Shown here: positions 49,778 to 52,885 of the stretch, piece after piece | How positions within the stretch are numbered: position 1 is the first letter of the stretch | Layout: each line of letters starts with the position of its first letter | NCBI GenBank assembly: GCA_009995545.1 | Contig: JAACPI010000008.1 | Location: 1-52,885, forward strand | Length of the DNA: 52,885 bases | Reading direction: 5' to 3' | Origin: a bacterium | GTDB lineage: Bacteria > Patescibacteriota > WWE3 > 2-01-FULL-39-13 > JAACPI01 | Program-made: the position numbers and the translations under genes | Notes under the pieces: generated by a model | Told to the model about the DNA's origin: nothing | Seen by the model: only the letters and a program-made list of their open reading frames with translations | Database searches by the model: none

Positions 49778-52084
49778 ATGCCAATTAAAAAAAAGTTAGG
49801 GTTAACAATATCAATATTTTTTGGATTTGTTGCCCTTTTTTCTCTTATTATTCCATCTGTTTCACAGTTTAAATCCTTACAATTTTCTAATTTAAATCAA
49901 CTTGCAGGCTATTTTTTACCCCAAAATGACGTAGATATCGCTGTAATCAATTTGTCGGACTATGACTATGTTGTCTGTCCAGAGGGCGACACGGACTCTC
50001 TGTGTGGATATTTTGGCAATACGGGACTAGTAGATATGGTAAGTACTGCGCCGAAAATGGGTTCTCCTAATAATAAGACCAAAATCTTTATCAAAAATGG
50101 CACTTATGGGACCGCGGAACCTACTTTCAGGCGCCCCCTATATTGGGATATATCTGGGGAATCTCGTGAAGATACTGTGATTAGTGGGAGGGTAATTATT
50201 CAAGATTTGGCGGACATAAGTTTTAATAATCTGACTATGATCTACGTACAGAATAATGGTATGTCTCCTAGTTTGGGCGGTCCTAAACAAGCGTCGTTTA
50301 AAAATGTAAGAATTAAAGGGGCGTTAAATATTTTTACTGGTATGAATATTAATATCTTAGACTCAACTTTTTCTAGGGGAAATGTTCTGATGTCTGTCCC
50401 TTGTATAAATCTTCATGAGACAGAGCCTGTTAATCCTTACTCTAAGGTATCTAAACTTAAAATATCCGTTGTAAATACTACTTTCAGTTGTAATTGGGGT
50501 ATTTACATCCCGAATGCCGAATATGTTCCGATGGAAGTTTCTGTAGATGGGGTTATTTTCAATCGAGTGACAAACAACAGCTCTAGTATTTTTCCTTACC
50601 ACGATGTTAAACTAGATCCTTCATTTATAAACCCCCCTAAGATTACCCTTTTAAACTATACGTCGGCCTATGGAATAGAAAATCCAGGTAATATAAATAT
50701 AATCCAAGGAGTTAGTACACCACTGGGTTCCATCGATCTCATTGATTCTGAGGTAGTAGCGGCTGGCTGGACATGTGATGCTGATAAATTTGATAAATCT
50801 ATAGATATACATTTATATGCCGATGGACCTGCTGGTTCTGGTATATTTTTAGGTGGTTATAAAGCAAACGGCGAGAGAGCGGATGTCTCAGGATCCTGTG
50901 GCGGTACCACCAACCATGGTTACCATGTTACTTTAGATCAAATTAATACTAATAAAGATAAGATAGATGATGCTCGGAGGCATAAAATATACGTCTACGC
51001 TATAAATATAAAAAATGACGGTACTGGGGATGGTAATCTAAACAACCCTTCTTTGACTCATTCGGGAGGGCCTAGTGCTAATTTAAATTTTGGTCCAGAG
51101 GATAGCACTCTTCCCATTTGTGGTGATCTAACATTTACCCGACTTGAGGGCAATGGCAAAATAAAAATAACAGCCCGCGCCTCGGATTCTGGTAGTGGTT
51201 TAGTAAGAGGAGGTCTTTACATTAGCTCTAAACCAAACACTAATTCTGCAGATTTTGGGGCAATTCCTAACGATTATACCTTTGGTCCTCAAAAAGAGGG
51301 TATTCAAAACTATACTTGGGATACTAGTAATTTAGCACCGGGTAAATACGCCGTTGCCTCAAATTGGTGGGATAACTCGGGTAAACCTAATTCTTCGACC
51401 AACGATAAGCCAGGTGGGCACCTTGGTAACTTTGTACAGTGCAGAACGGAGTATACTGTGGAAGCAGTACCCCCCGTTGTTGATCGACCTGATTATTGTA
51501 AATCCATCTCATTAAGTACTGCCGAAACTGATAAGGAACTTAAAGAAGGAGAAACACTTACTCTTAAGTCTGTACCAAAAACAGATAAAATTAAAAAATT
51601 TAGCTTTGCCTTTTATAACAAAGACAATTTGACTACAGGACAAAACCCTACACCCAAAGGCATTATGTACGAGGCTGGAAAACAGTTTTACTCTTCTTTT
51701 GTCCCTATGCCCAATGAACCTGTTTATATAGGTAGTACACAAGTTTCTTATGCAGATCTATACAAACCAGATACCAACTGGAGCAATAAAATACCCCAAA
51801 ACATCCAGGTAAATGCTTACTTTACTGACTCTGACAACAAGGTTTCCGCAGCAGATCCTGTTTGTGTTGCTTTCTTCTCCCTGCAACCCGCTGTTTTAGA
51901 TTGCCCAAAGGGTGCTATAACTGAGGGGGATTGTGATATTGACATGTCCGATTTATTACTGCTTTTATCTCATATAATGGATGAAAAACCCTACAATGCT
52001 AAATACGATTTAGTTGAGGATGGTGCAATCGGAATGTCTGATCTTTTATTTATTATAAATGTAATATTTAGTTCGTCGCATTAG
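49778..52084 (+). CDS. Large surface protein: beta-helix-like region, Ig-like domains, C-terminal dockerin-like domain
   Basis: KIFIKNGTY...ISGESREDTVISG; GSID...GWTCD...HLYADG...HGY; DCDIDMSDLL...DLVEDGAIGMSDLL. Confidence 0.75.
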   Translation: MPIKKKLGLTISIFFGFVALFSLIIPSVSQFKSLQFSNLNQLAGYFLPQNDVDIAVINLSDYDYVVCPEGDTDSLCGYFGNTGLVDMVSTAPKMGSPNNKTKIFIKNGTYGTAEPTFRRPLYWDISGESREDTVISGRVIIQDLADISFNNLTMIYVQNNGMSPSLGGPKQASFKNVRIKGALNIFTGMNINILDSTFSRGNVLMSVPCINLHETEPVNPYSKVSKLKISVVNTTFSCNWGIYIPNAEYVPMEVSVDGVIFNRVTNNSSSIFPYHDVKLDPSFINPPKITLLNYTSAYGIENPGNINIIQGVSTPLGSIDLIDSEVVAAGWTCDADKFDKSIDIHLYADGPAGSGIFLGGYKANGERADVSGSCGGTTNHGYHVTLDQINTNKDKIDDARRHKIYVYAINIKNDGTGDGNLNNPSLTHSGGPSANLNFGPEDSTLPICGDLTFTRLEGNGKIKITARASDSGSGLVRGGLYISSKPNTNSADFGAIPNDYTFGPQKEGIQNYTWDTSNLAPGKYAVASNWWDNSGKPNSSTNDKPGGHLGNFVQCRTEYTVEAVPPVVDRPDYCKSISLSTAETDKELKEGETLTLKSVPKTDKIKKFSFAFYNKDNLTTGQNPTPKGIMYEAGKQFYSSFVPMPNEPVYIGSTQVSYADLYKPDTNWSNKIPQNIQVNAYFTDSDNKVSAADPVCVAFFSLQPAVLDCPKGAITEGDCDIDMSDLLLLLSHIMDEKPYNAKYDLVEDGAIGMSDLLFIINVIFSSSH
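51158..51244 (+). repeat. 87-bp exact direct repeat, copy 1
   Basis: Identical to 52799..52885. Confidence 0.95.
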
Positions 52085-52141
52085 AGATATATAAATAACC
52101 GTGCTTTTATGTTATTTTTAAATAGAAATAAAACTGTCTAA

Positions 52142-52885
52142 ATGAAACTAAAAACAAAAGACCTTCTATACTATTTAACACTTACTTTTTTTGTACTCTT
52201 GCCCTTTTTAGTAAATTTATTTACATCTTCGGGTACAAATAAAAAGAACGATATTGAGGTTTTTGTGGGTGAACCAGTTACCGTCACCCCTGCAATAGTT
52301 ATTTCTAACGAGGCTACAGTTGGTTCTGTGGTTGAGGGTAGGGTCACGCTTAATGCCTCTGATGCAGTTAAAATAAACGGGGCTATTTTGGGTATTTTAA
52401 TTCCTAAAAATTTAGAAGTTAGTGAGGTTAAAATTGGAGAAAAATTGGATAACTATATAAGTGAAACTGCCGCTTTAAAATTTACTAAAGATTATAATCC
52501 CTCTTATCACTTAATTCAGTACGTGTACTTAAATAATCCAGGAGTGGTAATTCCGAATACTCCAGTTACTATTTTTACCTTTAAGTTAAAGGGTACTACC
52601 AAAGGAGTGTATGAATTAACCTTTAACACCAGTATAAAACCAGAAATAAAGGGTCTAACCTCTGCTGCGAGGTATTCCGAGTACTACGTTGCAGGTATTA
52701 AGCAGAATATTGAGTTCAAAGATGCTACTGTGGTGCCTCCTGACACCACTTCTCCAACCTGCGGAGATTGGACTATCGAATCAACTAATGAGCCTAAAAA
52801 AATAAAAATAACAGCCCGCGCCTCGGATTCTGGTAGTGGTTTAGTAAGAGGAGGTCTTTACATTAGCTCTAAACCAAACACTAAT
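52142..52885 (+). CDS. Membrane-anchored cohesin-like surface protein, truncated by the window end (not in the ORF track)
   Basis: Open from ATG 52142 to the end: MKLKTKDLLYYLTLTFFVLLPFLV...VGSVVEGRVTL...IFTFKLKGTTKGVYELTF. Confidence 0.8.
   Translation, partial: MKLKTKDLLYYLTLTFFVLLPFLVNLFTSSGTNKKNDIEVFVGEPVTVTPAIVISNEATVGSVVEGRVTLNASDAVKINGAILGILIPKNLEVSEVKIGEKLDNYISETAALKFTKDYNPSYHLIQYVYLNNPGVVIPNTPVTIFTFKLKGTTKGVYELTFNTSIKPEIKGLTSAARYSEYYVAGIKQNIEFKDATVVPPDTTSPTCGDWTIESTNEPKKIKITARASDSGSGLVRGGLYISSKPNTN
52799..52885 (+). repeat. 87-bp exact direct repeat, copy 2 (runs to the window end)
   Basis: Identical to 51158..51244. Confidence 0.95.

Noticed and set aside
51158-52885. DGR template/variable repeat pair
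   Set aside because: The copies are identical with no adenine-specific mismatches, and no reverse transcriptase gene is present.

Overview
AT-rich bacterial chromosomal segment in the standard genetic code. Gene content, a compact and highly divergent 16S rRNA and a SD-less gene style point to a Patescibacteria/CPR organism (WWE3/Microgenomates-like; inference). Contents in order: (1) the end of a GC-rich inverted-repeat-bounded HTH+methyltransferase cassette; (2) an rlmI-like gene, an NRAMP-like transporter, and dnaG-rpoD bracketed by two AbrB/PIN (vapBC) pairs; (3) an MFS transporter, a phage-like orphan and a UvrD-PD-(D/E)xK helicase-nuclease; (4) a more GC-rich two-operon island with SD-led genes and long hairpin-tiled leaders, one resembling an attenuator; (5) rmuC, metG, GH1, tatD and envelope glycan genes (GT2, WecA-like, UbiA-like, O-antigen ligase-like); (6) a D-2-hydroxyacid dehydrogenase, an NDT-RHH fusion, mnmA and a foldase plus LPXTG surface-protein operon; (7) a 16S gene lacking helix 17 and tRNA-Ile with no 23S after them; (8) an array of cohesin/dockerin surface proteins, two sharing an identical 87-bp segment at the window end. 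No CRISPR array, transposase, integrase or reverse transcriptase was seen. All family calls come from reading motifs by eye; no searches were run.
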